From positions 6,324,001-6,388,000 of the forward strand of contig NC_086098.1 of NCBI RefSeq assembly GCF_963921235.1: a stretch of DNA of 64,000 nt. Direction: 5' to 3'. The notes beneath the pieces are model-generated. The model did no database searches and had not been told where the DNA came from. It worked only from the letters and a program-made list of their open reading frames with translations. Numbering within the stretch: position 1 is the stretch's first letter; every line of letters begins with the position of its first letter. The position numbers and the translations under genes are program-made. Origin of the DNA: Mobula hypostoma (Eukaryota). Positions 49,498 to 62,497 of the stretch are shown here, piece by piece.

Positions 49498-51419
49498 ATT
49501 TCCTTGCTCTTGTACTCAATTCCCTTTGTAGTAAAGGCCAACATTCCATTAGCCTTCTTCACTGCCTGCTGCACTTGCTCATTCACCTTCAGAGACTGAT
49601 GAACAAGTACTCCTAGAACTTTTTGTATTTCTCCCTTACCTAACTCTACTCCGTTCAGATAATAATCTGCCTTCCTGTTCTTGCTCCCAAAGTGAATAAC
49701 CTCACACTTATTCATATTAATCGCCATCTGCCAAGTTTCTGCCCACTCACCCAGCCTGTCCAAGTCACCTTGAATTCTCCTAACATCCTCATCACATGTC
49801 ACACTGCCACCCAGCTTAGTATCATCAGCAAACTTGCTGATGTTATTCACAATGCCTTCCTCTAAATCATTGACGTAAATCATAAACAGCTGTGGTCCCA
49901 ATACCGAGCCCTGTGGCACCCCACTAGTCACTACCTGCCATTCCGAGAAACACCCATTCACTGCTACCCTTTGCTTTCTATCTGCCAGCCAGTTTTCTAT
50001 CCATGTCAATATCCTCCCCCCAATGCCATGAGCTCTGATTTTACCCACCAATCTCCTATGTGGTACCTTATCGAATGCCTTCTGAAAGTCAAGGTACACC
50101 ACATCCACTGGATCTCCCGCGTCTATCTTCCTGGTTACATCCTCGAAAAACTCCAATAGATTAGTCAAGCATGATTTGCCCTTGGTAAATCCATGCTGGC
50201 TTGGCCCAATCCTACAACTGCTATCAAGATATGCCGCTATTTCATCTTTAATAATGGACTCTAGCATCTTCCCCTCTACTGATGTTAGGCTAACAGGGCG
50301 ATAGTTCTCTGTTTTCTCCCTCCCTCCTTTCTTAAAAAGTGGGATAACATTAGCCATTCACCAATCCTCAGGAACTGATCCTGAATCTAAGGAACATTGG
50401 AAAACGATCACCAATGCATCCACAATTTCCAGAGCCACCTCCTTTAGCACCCTAGGATGCAGACCATCTGGACCTGGAGATTTGTTAGCCTTCATTCCCA
50501 TCAGTCTACTTATCACCGTTTTCTTCCTAATGTCAATCTGTTTCAGTTCCTCTGTTACCCTATGTCCTTGGCCCATCCATACATCTGGGAGATTGCTTGT
50601 GTCTTCCCTAGTGAAGACAGATCCAAAGTACTTATTAAATTCGTCTGCCATTTCTCTGTTTCCCATAACAATTTCTCCCAATTCATTCTTCAAGGGCCCA
50701 ACATTGTCCTTAACTATCTTCCTTCTCTTCACATACCTAAAAAAACTTTTGCTATCCTCCTTTATATTCCTAGCTAGCTTGCGTTCATACCTCATTTTTT
50801 CTCCCCGTATTGCCTTTTTAGTTAAGTTCTGTTGCTCCTTAAAAATTTCCCAATCATCCGTCTTCCCACTCACCTTAGCTCTGTTATACTTCTTTTTTAA
50901 TGCTATGCTATCTCTGACTTCCTTTGTCAACCACTGTGGCCACTTTCCCCCCTTTGAATCCTTCCTTCTCCAGGGGATAAACTAATTTTGGACCTTGTGC
51001 ATTATTCCCAAGAATACCTGCCATTGCTGTTCCACTGTCTTTTCTGCTAGGATATAAGGGCCATGGATTTAACCATTGTAGAGGTTTTCTTCTGCTTGTG
51101 GGTTAACATCTTTCCTATAACCTTCCTCCTGTGCTGGAGAGTGATCCAGTTCTGTCCACGATCTTTCCGAGTACTCAGTTTTGATCACCTCTGTAATTCC
51201 TTGCTATGGCTACTTGTCCAGGAGTGAAACATTGAACCTGGTGTCCCAAAAATGTGTGGCAGTGGACCAGAGTTTGTTGTGGACTGGTTAGTCCTAATGA
51301 AGGGTCTCGGCCTGAAATGTCAGCTGTTTACTCTTTTTCATAGATGCTGCCTGGCTTCCTCCAGCACTTTGTGTGTGTTGGTTTGATTTCCAGCATCTGC
51401 GGGTTTTCTCTTGTTTGTG

Positions 51420-52555
51420 ATCTGCAGGCTTCAGCTCAGTATCTTTGAAATGCCGTTTAAATTCATTCTGTGAAGTGACTGAAACAGCCGAGCTAGTCTC
51501 CAATTCCATTTTAATTTATTTGCCGTACACTTCTAGTATATCCCATATTGTTTGTCTATTGTTAGTTTTCACATTGTATGAATCTCAAGGCAACCCAGTC
51601 CGGGGTCACGCTCATTATTATCAGAATTTTCATCAACAGCATACAGATTAGTGCTCTTTTTGAAACTACAACTTCATTTTCTCCTCTTTTTCTCATCCCT
51701 GTGCAGCCCATTTATTCTGGTCTGCCTGACTACTTTTGTATATGTCTTACTTGATGCATTTTCTGCACGTTTCACCTGTAAATCGGCATTTGTTTGCTGT
51801 AAGTGAGCACCTGCCACAACAGTAATACAACTTGTTCAGCCAGGCCAGTTTCTGTTTCGATGTTGCAATTCTGTTCACCTTCCTGACTGCAACTCAATTG
51901 CATCTCTGTCTGCTGCTTCCATTGATACAGTTATTTCAACTGTTTATTTAAATGTCAATTGTGTTTCAGATGGGAGCCATTTTTGAATGCACTCTTTCAA
52001 GATTCCACAAACTAAATGATATCCCAGTGCATCATTAAGCCCATTGTTGAAGTGACAATGCTCAGCCAACCTTTTCACTTCAGCCACATATGCTAAATGG
52101 ACTCCTCTTCCTTTTGACTCCACTTATGAACCTAAAGCATTCCGGAATCAACAATGGTTTTGGTTCTAAATGTTCCTGCAGAATTTTCACAATAACTGCA
52201 AAGCTCATTTCAGCTGGTTTGGTTGGAGCAGTCAGATTTCTAAGTAAGCAGTATGCTATTCCACCTAATGCATTCAGCAAAATTAGTTCTCATTTCTCTT
52301 TGGAAATTTAATTTGATTTAAAACACTGCTCAACTTGCTCCGTATACAAACTCCAGTTATCTATTGTGCATTCAATTTTTATGACGTAGTTGTCCGTTTC
52401 TACTTTTAAAAAACTTTATGATTATTATAACTCAGTACTCTTTGTTTATGAACCTATAAATTTGTCCATTTTCTGCCTTGTTTTTTAACTTGAACACCTC
52501 ACCACTATTCAACAGGTAGTCATCTTGGGTTCATTTAAAACTTCCTCATCACTAA
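51420..52555 (-). mobile_element. Degraded Gypsy gag-protease with PBS-like site; adjacent LTR (~52556-54685) interrupted by a CR1
   Basis: LLRNLTAPTKPAEMSF..L.EHLEPKPLLI.ECFRF (gag); MELETSSAVS (degenerate DTG protease); ...TAACA-ttagtgatgagg LTR/PBS junction on the minus strand. Confidence 0.8.
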
Positions 52556-52678
52556 TGTTATGTTTTGTAATCCAGAACAACAAATTGATTAACAGTAAGA
52601 CACAGTGCCAGGATAACTCATGTGCATTAGTTTCGTTTTTACTTTGGCAAGATGCACGTCTGTGATGTAGTTGCATAA

Positions 52679-54603
52679 TAGAAACATAGAAGCACAGAAA
52701 ACCGATTACACCACACAGGCCCTTCGGCCCACAAAGCTGTGCTGAACATGTCCTTGCCTTAGAAATTACATACGGCTTGCCCATACCCCTCTATTTTTCT
52801 AAGCTCCATGTACCTATCCAGGAGTCTCCTAAAAGACCCTATCATATCTGCCTCCACCACCATCACCGGCAGCCCATTCCATGCACTCACCACTCTCTGC
52901 ATAAAAACTTACCCCTGACATCTCCTCTGTACCTACTTCCAAGCACCTTAAAACTGTGTCCTTTCGTGCTAGCTATCTTAGCCCTGGGAAGAAGCCTCTG
53001 ACTATTCACACGATCAATGCCTCTCATCATCTTATACACCTCTATCAGGTCACCTCTCATCCTCCATCTCTGCAAGGAGAAAAGGCCGAGTTCACCCAAC
53101 CTATTCTCATAAGACATGCACCCCAATCCAGGCAACATCCTTGTAAATCTCCTCTGTACCCTTTCTATGGTTTCCTCATCCTTTCTGTAGTGAGACGGCC
53201 AGAATTGAGCACAGTACTCCAAGTGTGGTCTGACCAGGGTCCTATATAGTTGCAACATTACCTCTCGGCTCCTAAACTCACTTCCACGATTGATGAAGGC
53301 CAATGCAACATATGCTTTCTTAACCACAGAGTCAACCTGCGCAGCAGCTTTGAGTGTCCTATGGACTCGAACCTCAAGATCCCTCTGATCCTCCACACTG
53401 CCAAGAGTCTTACCATTAATACTATATTCTGTCATCATATTTGACCTACCAAAATGAACTACCTCCCACTTATCTGGGTTGAACTCCATCTGCCACTTCT
53501 CAGCCCAATTTTGCATCCTATCAATATCCTGCTGTAACCTCTGACAGCCCTCCACACTATCCACAACATCCTCAATCTTTGTGTTATCAGCAGATTTACT
53601 AACCCATCCCTACACTTCCTCATCCAGGTCATTTATAAAAATCATGAAGAGTAGGGGTCCAGAAACAGATCCCTGAGGCACACCACTGGTCACCGACTTC
53701 CATGCAGAATATGACCCGTCTACAACCACTCTTTGCCTTCTGTGGGCAAGCCAGTTCTGGATCCACAAAGCAATGTCCCCTTGGATCCCATGCCTCCTTA
53801 CTTTCTCAATCGGCCTAAAATGGGGTACCTTATCAAATGCCTTGCTGAAATCCGCATATACTATATCTACTGCTCTACCTTCATCAATGTGCTTTGTCAC
53901 ATCCTCAAAAAATTCAATCAGACTCGTAAGGCACGGCCTGCCTCTGACAAAGCCACGCTGACTTTTCCTAGTCATATTATTGCCCTCCAAATGTTCATAA
54001 ATCCTCCCTCTCAGGATCTTCTCCATCAACTTCCCAACCACTGAAGTAAGACTCACTAGTTTATAATTTCCTGGGCTATCTCTACTCCCTTTCTTGAATA
54101 AGGGAATTACATCTGCAACCCTCCAATCCTCTGGAACCTCTCCCATCCCTATTGATGATGCAAAGATCATCTCCAGAAACTCAGCAATCTCCTCCCTCAT
54201 TTCCCACTGTAGCCTGGGGTATATCCTGTCCAGTCCCGGTGACTTATCCAACTTGATGCTTTCCACAAGCTCCAGCAAATCCTCTTTCTTAATATCTACA
54301 TGCTCAAGCTTTTCAGTCCGTTGTAAGTCATCCCTACAATTGCCAAGTTCCTTTTCCATAGTGAATACCCAAGTAAAGTATTCATTAAGTACTTCTGCTA
54401 TCTCCTGTGGTTCAATACACACTTTTCCAGTGTCACACTTGTTTGGACCTATTTTCTCATGTCTTATCCTCTTGTTCTTCGCGTACTTGTAGAATGCCCT
54501 GGGGTTTTACTTAATCCTGTCCACCAAGGCCTTCTCATAGTCCCTTCTGGCTCTCCTAATTTCATTCTTAAACTCCTTCGTGCTAGCCTTATAAACTTCT
54601 AGA
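52679..54603 (-). mobile_element. HER1-like CR1 RT and 3' UTR
   Basis: ORFs 53610-54422 and 52887-53564; same family as 42306-43846. Confidence 0.92.
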
Positions 54604-54689
54604 TGATGTATGCCATTCACATAATTTTACATATAAACCATAATGAGTTATTTTAAAAAAACAGAAATATTACTGAGTTACCAAAAGCC

Positions 54690-55280
54690 TTCACATGTGG
54701 CCTGGCTGCTAAGCTTAGTGGAACGATTTCTACTGACAGGAGAAGGGGCAAAGGCATGCTACTACACCTTAAAACCAGTCTCTTCAGGCAGATAGACTTT
54801 ATTAGCCATGATTGGCAGCTCATCCAGGAAAAGGAAACCTCTAACCTCCGCTGTCTTGCTGCTATACCTATTCATGGAGTAAACCCCAAGGAAAAATCTG
54901 GCTCTGGAGTCCCTAAGGCAGAGGTATACTGAGTACAATGCTGACTGGCAACTCCTGTGACACTGCTGGTACCAAACTGGATTGGTTTCTACCATTCCTT
55001 TGGGTTCACCAGCCAGGTGGAGGCGAGAATCCGCTGCACGGGCAACAGTTTGCTCTCCATATTGTACTTCCGTGGCCTGCATATCAAAGACTAGAAACAC
55101 AAGAAATCTGCAAATGCTGGAAATCCAAAGCAACACACACAGAACACTGGAGGAACTGGGCGGGCCAGATCACATCTATGCAAATGAATAAACAGTCAAC
55201 ATCTTGGATTGAGACCTTTCTTCACGACTGGTCCTCCACAGTCCTCCCTGGCCAACAGAAGGCCTCGTATATCATCATAA
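54690..55280 (+). mobile_element. RTE-related non-autonomous element with nested Penelope remnant (55094-55231)
   Basis: 54958-55080 is similar to the body of the SINE at 14214-14525; (atc)n tail. Confidence 0.5.
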
Positions 55281-55364
55281 ACAACCATTTCTTGTGGACA
55301 TTCACAGTAGATAGAAAGAAACATAACAGCCAGGGTGCTGAATCAGAGGGACATTAGGACCACG

Positions 55365-58032
55365 TGTGTCCTTTGTTTCACGGAATCTTAGTTAACCCCT
55401 TCCATACCAGATGCAGTGACTCAGATCGATAGATTAACTATACACCATCAGGATAGATCGAGAGTCTCTCAAAAGCAGAGGTGGAGGAGTATGCCTCATG
55501 ATCAGCTCTTCTTGCTGCACAAATATATCAGTGATGTCCCAATTCTGTTCACCAGACCTGGAATATCTAGCAGTAAAGTGCCGTCCTTCTTATCTGCCAC
55601 GGGAGTTCTCTGGGGTCATTTTGGTAGCAGTTTACATTCCCCCTCAGGCCGATATCAAGAGGCTTTAGATGATCTGAGCAATGGGATCAACATGCATGAA
55701 CAGCACACCCTCACCATCGTTTTGGGAGATTTTAGCCGGGCCAGTCTGAAAAAAATCACTAAATATAAGATCACTTGCAATACCAGAGGAAACAACACAC
55801 TGGACCATTGTCACACCACCATCAAGAATGCCTACTGTGCTATCCCACGCCCTCACTTCGGAAAGTCTGCTCACCTGGCTGTACTTCTACCCCCTGAGTA
55901 TAGGCAGAGACTGAAGACTGCAGCACCAGCAGTGAGGACCAAGAAGTTATGGACAAGGGAAGCACAGGAGCGCTTACGGATGGCTTTGAATCGGTTGACT
56001 GGACTGTATTCAGGGATTCATCCTCAAACCTGGATGAATATGCTGCAGTTGTTACTGACTTCATTAAAACCTGTGTGGATGAGTGTGTACCCACAAAGAC
56101 TTACTGTACATTCCCAAACCAAAAGCTGTGGATGAACCAGGAGGTACATCATCTGCTGAAGGCCAGATCTGTGGCATTCAAGTCTGGTGACCCAGGCCTG
56201 TACCAGAAACCCAGGTATGATTTGCCGAGGGCTAATTCAAGGGCGAAGAGACAATTTCACACAAGGTTGGAGGTGACATCGGTTGCATGACAACTCGAGC
56301 AGGGTTTGCAAGACATTACTTCCTACAAAGCGAAACCCAATAGCGTGAATGGCTGCCAGATGAACTCAAAGCTTTCCATGCCCACTTTGAAAGGGAGAAC
56401 ACAACTACAGCTGTGAAGAAACCTGTTGCACCTGATGACCTTGTGATCTCCGTCTCAGAGGCCAATGTTAGGTTGTCTTTAAAGAGAGTGAACCCTTGCA
56501 AGGCAAAAGGTCCCAATGGAGTACCTGGTAAGGCTCTGAAAACCTGTGCTAACAAACTAGCAGGAATATTCAAAGGCATTACTTCACTTGCTTCAAAAAA
56601 GCAACAATTATTCCAGTACCTAAGAAGAATAATGTGGCCTGCCTTAATGACTATTGCCTGGTAGCACTCACATCTACAGTGATGAAATGCTTTGAGAGGT
56701 TGGTCATGACTAGACTGAACTCCTGCCTCAGCAAGGACCTGGACCCACTGTAACTTGCCTATTGCCACAATAGGTCAATGGCAGACACAATATCAATGGC
56801 TCTTCACACGGCTTTAGACCACCTGGACAACACAAACACCTATGTCAGGATGCTGTTCATCGACTATAGCTCAGCATTTAATACCATCATTCCCACAATC
56901 CTGACTGAGAAGTTGCAGAACCTGGGCCTCTGTACCTCCCTCTGTAATTGGATCCTCGACTTCCCAACCGAAAGACCACAATCTGTGCGGATTGGTGATA
57001 ACATATCCTCCTCAGTGACGATCAACACTGGCGCACCTCTGGGGTGTGTGCTTAGCCCACTGCTCTACTCTCTGTATACACATGACTGTGTGGTTAGGCA
57101 TTGCTCAAATACCATCTATAAATTTGCTGATGATACAACCATTATTGGTAGAATCTCGGGTGGTGACGAGAGGGTGTACAAGAGAGAGATATGCCGACTA
57201 GTGCAAACAGCAACAACCTGGCACTCAGTAAGACGAAAGATCTGATTGCAGACTTCAGGAAGGGTAAGATGAAGGAACACATACCAATCATCAGAAGTGG
57301 AGAGAGTGAGCAGTTTCAAGTTTGTGGGCATCAAGATCTCTGAGGATCTAACCTGGTCCCAACATATCGATGTAGTTATAAAGAAGGCAAGAAGGCCGCT
57401 ATACTTTATTAGGAGTTTGAAGAGATTTGGTATGTCAACAAATACACTCAAAAGCTTCTATAGTTGTACTGTGGAGAGCATTCTGACAGGCTGCATCACT
57501 GTCTGGTATGGAGGGGCTACTGCACAGGACTGAAAGAAGCTGCAGAAGGTTGTAGATCTAGTCAGCTCCATCTTGGCTACTAGCCTACAAAGTACCCAGG
57601 ACATCTTTAGGGAGCGGTGTCTCAGAAAGACAACATCCATTATTAAGGACCTCCAGCACCCAGGGCATGCCCTTTTCTCACTGTTACCATCAGGTAGGAG
57701 ATACAGAAGCCTGAAGGCACACACTCAGTGATTCAGGAACAACTTCTTCCCCTCTGCCATCCAATTCCTGAAAGGACATTGAACCTTTGGACACTACCTC
57801 ACCTTTTTTTAAATACTCAGTATTTCTGTTTTTGCACATTTTTTAAAAGTCTATTCAATATATGTATACTCTAATTGATTTGCTTGTTTATTTATTATTA
57901 TTATTATTATTTCTATTTTATTAACTTTTTTCTCTCTCTCTCTGCTAGATTATGTATTGCATTGAACTGCTGCTGCTAAGTTAACAGATTTCACGTCACA
58001 TGCCGGTGATAATAAACCTGATTCTGATTCTG
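55365..58032 (+). mobile_element. Degraded Rex1/Babar LINE ORF2 (APE-RT) and 3' UTR
   Basis: [69 protein letters not shown]; aataaacc(tgattc)n tail. Confidence 0.93.
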
Positions 58033-58950
58033 AGAATCAATAAAAAAACTACACACAACAGATGGACAAACAATTCATCTTGGAAAGACAAAAGCCAGAA
58101 AGCATGTGCTGTCAGGCTAAAGGACTGCTTCTATTCAACTGATAGACAGTAAGAATATTGAATGGTTCCCTCGTACAATAAGATCAATTCTCATCCTTAC
58201 AATCAACCACATAATGATCTTGCACCTTATTTTTTACCTGCATTGCACTTTCTCTGTAGATGTTGCACTTTATTCTGCATTCTGTTATTGTTTTACCTTG
58301 TACTCTCACAATACACTGTATTGATCTATATGAACAGAATGCAAGACAAGTATTTTCCTGTAGCTCAATACATGTGTCAATAATAAACCAATTCCACATG
58401 ATATTTGTCCAAGATGGTACCAAGCTGCGAATTCTGTTGAGTGGTGGCTCAGATTTTCTTGTTTTTTAGTTTTGTTTTTAATTATTTTGGAGGACTGACG
58501 GTGGGTTTCAGAGTTGGAATTCCATGTAGACAGGAGGAACGAGATCCAAGGTCTCCCCGGGTTCACTAATTGGTGAGCCCAGAATTCGGGGCCTGTCATC
58601 AATGAGTCCAGAGTTTGAGGTTTAGTGTTCAATGATTAGCAGCTTCTTGGGTTCAATGCTAAGGCCTGGTGTCTATGAATCTCTCTGAGCTCACAGGGGA
58701 AGTTGAAGCACAATGTCTGTGAGCCTGATTCTCAGTTCGCTGTCAGATGGATACAAAACAAGGTGGCCTTTTCTGGGGTTAAGAGACTGTGTATGTGGGA
58801 GAGAGCTAGGTTCTTGAATTGCTACAAGGTCACTTAGCCACTTAAAGACTCCAGGATCTTGACCCAGCAATAATGAACATGGGTTTTATCTTCCCAAATC
58901 ACAGTAGTGTAGGCTGAAGATTTTGCCCTTCTTTCTCCTTAAAGTAATAG

Positions 58951-59900
58951 TGTCACGTACCACGTGACAGGAATAAAGAACCAGCAGAGATGGAAAACAC
59001 TTTGGAGTCCAGTATTGCTATTAACTAATAATATTTGTTAGTAACTACGCAATACAGTAATATAAATGTAGAAAAATCAAACAGGTTAGCAATGATTATA
59101 TATAAGTAAGTGTGGAAAAATATATGAAAATCAAGCTTCTTCAAGTCTCGGGGTAAAAAAATACAGTCTTACGATGATGAGTAAAGTTCAGTTCAGTTCG
59201 TGGTGTTGAGTCGAGTAGTGATGGAAAGAGAGAGGGGGAGAGATTTGAGTCTTCAGTGGAGCTGACCCCGTCAATCTTCCCGTTGTCCTCCGAAATCCTT
59301 TAAAAGTCACTGACTGTGACCACAACATAGGGGACCGTTTTTCTGTGGTGGAGCTATCAACTCAGGCTAAGGTTGGACACATGGACAACTTCCCACCGGT
59401 CAATCCCTTTTCTCACTGCAAGAGCGACTGATCGATCTGCCTGATCAATCCTCTAAAAACCCACTTTTTCTGCGGGCTCAACAAAGCTCACTCAATGTCC
59501 AAAACATGTGTCTGAGGTCTATATCATCTGACCTCCTATTTATCTCACCGTACTGAGTACCAACTGTCATTCAAGTAACTCCTCCTTTCTTTCTCCGTGT
59601 AAGAAATGTACAAGCAGGCAAATGTCCTTGAAAGTATAAACATGCTGCCGAAAAAAATCAGAACATCAATTGTCCATCAAATAATGCCGCCCTCGGTTAC
59701 CATAGCGACTTATGAGCTGCTTAGTGCTCTCCATCTCAGCAGAAATCCAAAAGTTCCTGGTACCTTAAAGTGACAGTCCTAAAGTTAGTCTTTGTCTCTC
59801 TCTCTCTCTTTCTTCCTTATTCTTTTCAAAATGACATGTCGGTGTTAAATACCTCTCTCTCTCTTTTCAAAAGCTCAGTTCATAGGGGTAATCAAGCACA
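58951..59900 (-). mobile_element. Probable solo LTR (right boundary uncertain)
   Basis: Begins TGTCACG with a terminal hairpin tgtcacgt-acc-acgtgaca; LTR-like composition; no ORF. Confidence 0.45.
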
Positions 59901-60564
59901 GTTCATAGGTTGTGGTTGTTTGTCAGTCGTGTGAGTGCAGTTTTTCATTGATTCTGTTATAGTTCTCTGTTCTACAAGAAAACCAATCTCGGGGTAGTAT
60001 ATAGTGACATATACTGTTTGTACTTTGATAATAAACTGACTTTGAACTTTAAATTTTGATTAATTAAATGTTAGGAACGTGACCCAGCATTGATGACCTT
60101 TCCAAAGCAGAATCGTGTAGGTTGAGGGTCATGCCCTCTGAGTAATGGTGATCACTATAATATGATGATCTAAATGTTAAATGTTAAGGCAAAGTGGTAA
60201 CCTGGGCTTTGAAAATGGCCTCTTACATTTGTGGAAAGTGAATGTTACTTTGTGGTTATCACATCAGCTCTGAAATATGCGTAGAATGATATCAGCAGAT
60301 AACAATGAGATGAATAAATACACCACCAAGTCCTGAAGCCCATCTCTCTCATTAGTTCCAACAGGAGAATCTCAGGGTCACATATAGTTCTCGAATTAGA
60401 TCTGTAAGAAGAAGCCAAATAACTACATTATACACAGCAGAACAAACTGCATTTATGAGAAAAGTAGAAGAAATGTAGGAGGTGGAAGGAGTCCAGTAGT
60501 ATTGGGGTAGCTTAAACACTTCTAACAGTGAAAGCAATCCAAGTCAAAGAATAAAGCACATGGT

Positions 60565-60848
60565 ATACTCTGACATGGATGATACCAAGTCCAGCAGTGA
60601 AAGGAGAAGGGGTGAAAGGAGATGGGTTAGCAACCCATCCCATAAAAACCCAGAACTACAAAAACACCAACAGAAGCTGAAAAGACCTCATCTCTGGGGG
60701 AGGAACGATTTGGCCTAGAAAATATACAAAGTTGTGTGGTGAAAGCGGAAGTCACAGGACTTATCAGCCATTGGCCCAGGGTAGAGGACCCTGGCGAGCT
60801 GCTGTTGGCAGCTAATGCCCCAGCAGGGGTAATAGATTTTCAAAGTCA
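60565..60848 (+). mobile_element. Bipartite non-autonomous RTE element (5' UTR plus 3' end) with twister-like head
   Basis: gatgggtt-agc-aacccatc hairpin followed by cataaaaa; 3' part reads AQGRGPWRAAVGS*CPSRG like an RTE ORF C-terminus. Confidence 0.6.
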
Positions 60849-61599
60849 CCTGTTGCGTGTAAATATGGGATCTTTAAAAAAGATAAGCCATGCATGTAAA
60901 TATCTGTTTTGCACAGACTGGAGTAGCATCACAGTCTCATCGTCTCATGCAATTTTGAAGGAATGAGGAAGAATGCAACTGCAAGAAAGTGAGTCAGTTG
61001 CAATTCTGTTGTCTGACTGTGAATCTATTCAAGAATGTAATTAGTGGATCTTAAAACTGGTCTATGGAAAGCTGAGGGGACACTTGGTACTGCAGCTGAG
61101 TCCATGAAAATGGTTGGATCTGGTATTAAACTGAAGGGAAAGGCTTATGTAGGGACAAAGAATAGAGGCAAGAATGAGAACTGCAAGGATTATTGCACGT
61201 AACAAAGGAAGAATACAAGAGAGGAGTAATGAAGGAGATGAATGTGTATGGAAAAGGAACTGATGTTATTAAAAGGAACAAGAGAGATTTTTTTATATAA
61301 GATTAAGTAAAAGCGAGTGGTGGTAGGTATTAGACTTACTAAAAGCTGATTTGGTGTAATAATAACAGAGGATAATGCCACGATGAAACAAACTAAAGAA
61401 CATTTTCCTTCAAGCTCACTATCGAAAAGGTGACAATGGTGGAGATCTGGCTGGACTTTGTGAAGGGAAGCTCTAATAAGGATTAGTATCGAAAGAAAAT
61501 TTGAAATGGACAAATTAATGAGTTTGAAGTCACACAAACCTCCTGGTTCAATTAGTTTCCATGTATTGGGATTAAGTACAACTACACAGAGCACTGTTG

Positions 61600-62270
61600 C
61601 AGCATTCATCATCAAGGACCCCCACCATCCAGGCCAAGCTCTCTTCTCTTCTCGCTGCTGCTATTGGTCAGCAGGTACAGGAGCCTCAGGACTCGTGCCA
61701 CCAGATTCAGGAACAGTTATTACCCCTCAACCATCAGGCTCTTGAATGAATTTCACTCCACTTGCCCCATCACTGAACTGATCCCACAACCTATAGACTC
61801 ACTCTTAAGGACTCTTCATCTCATGATCTCAAACAGAGGAGCCTGGGATACTTGAGGAGATGGAAACCAAATTCCAAAGTAAGAGCTAAGCAGACTCCAG
61901 ATGCTCAGTACGATGATCGAATGAGGAGATACCACTGCATGGGCCCTCCATCTCTTCCTTTTCCAAGGACTGGCATTTCATTACATCAGTAATGCTGAAC
62001 TATATCAAAAGTTTCCTTCCCCAGGCAACTATTCTAGATAACCACTAAATATTTATTGCTTCTTTATTTATTATTATTATTATTTTTTTCATTTTGTATT
62101 TGCACAATTTTCAGTCTTTTGCACATTTGTTGTTTGTGTGCAGTTTTGCATTGATTCTGTTGTGTTTCTTTATATTTACTGTGAATATCTTCTAAAATCG
62201 AATCTCGGGGTTGTATGTGGTGACATATGTGTACTTCAACAATAAATGTTCTTTGAAATTTGAACTTTGA
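61600..62270 (+). mobile_element. Rex1/Babar 3' fragments
   Basis: IIKDPHHPGQALFS, RYRSLRTRATRFRNSYYPSTIRLLN; aataaa...(tttgaa)n tail. Confidence 0.75.
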
Positions 62271-62497
62271 AGTAGGTGAAAGATGGCGAAAGGGAGCATT
62301 TTGGTCTTGTGTTCTCAGAACAATATTGGCCATCAAGAGCACAGACTGAAACTGAGGAGCTGATGTGAATGATCGGAAGAGCGTTACAAAGCACTGTATG
62401 ATTTTTATGTATTTATTTATTTAGCGACACTGCACAGGACATCCCTTCTGGCCCAATGAGCTGTACTGTCCAGCAACCTGCCTACTGTATTTAACCC

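Larger units (their letters stand above)
45467..51055 (-). mobile_element. CR1 LINE (host) split by a Penelope fragment (45525-45682) and a HER1-like CR1 (46209-49497)
   Basis: ORFs 50358-50930, 49479-50357 ([20 protein letters not shown]) and 45714-46085; sequence is contiguous across the 46208/49498 junction (atttc duplicated); (tagacaa)n tail. Confidence 0.9.
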
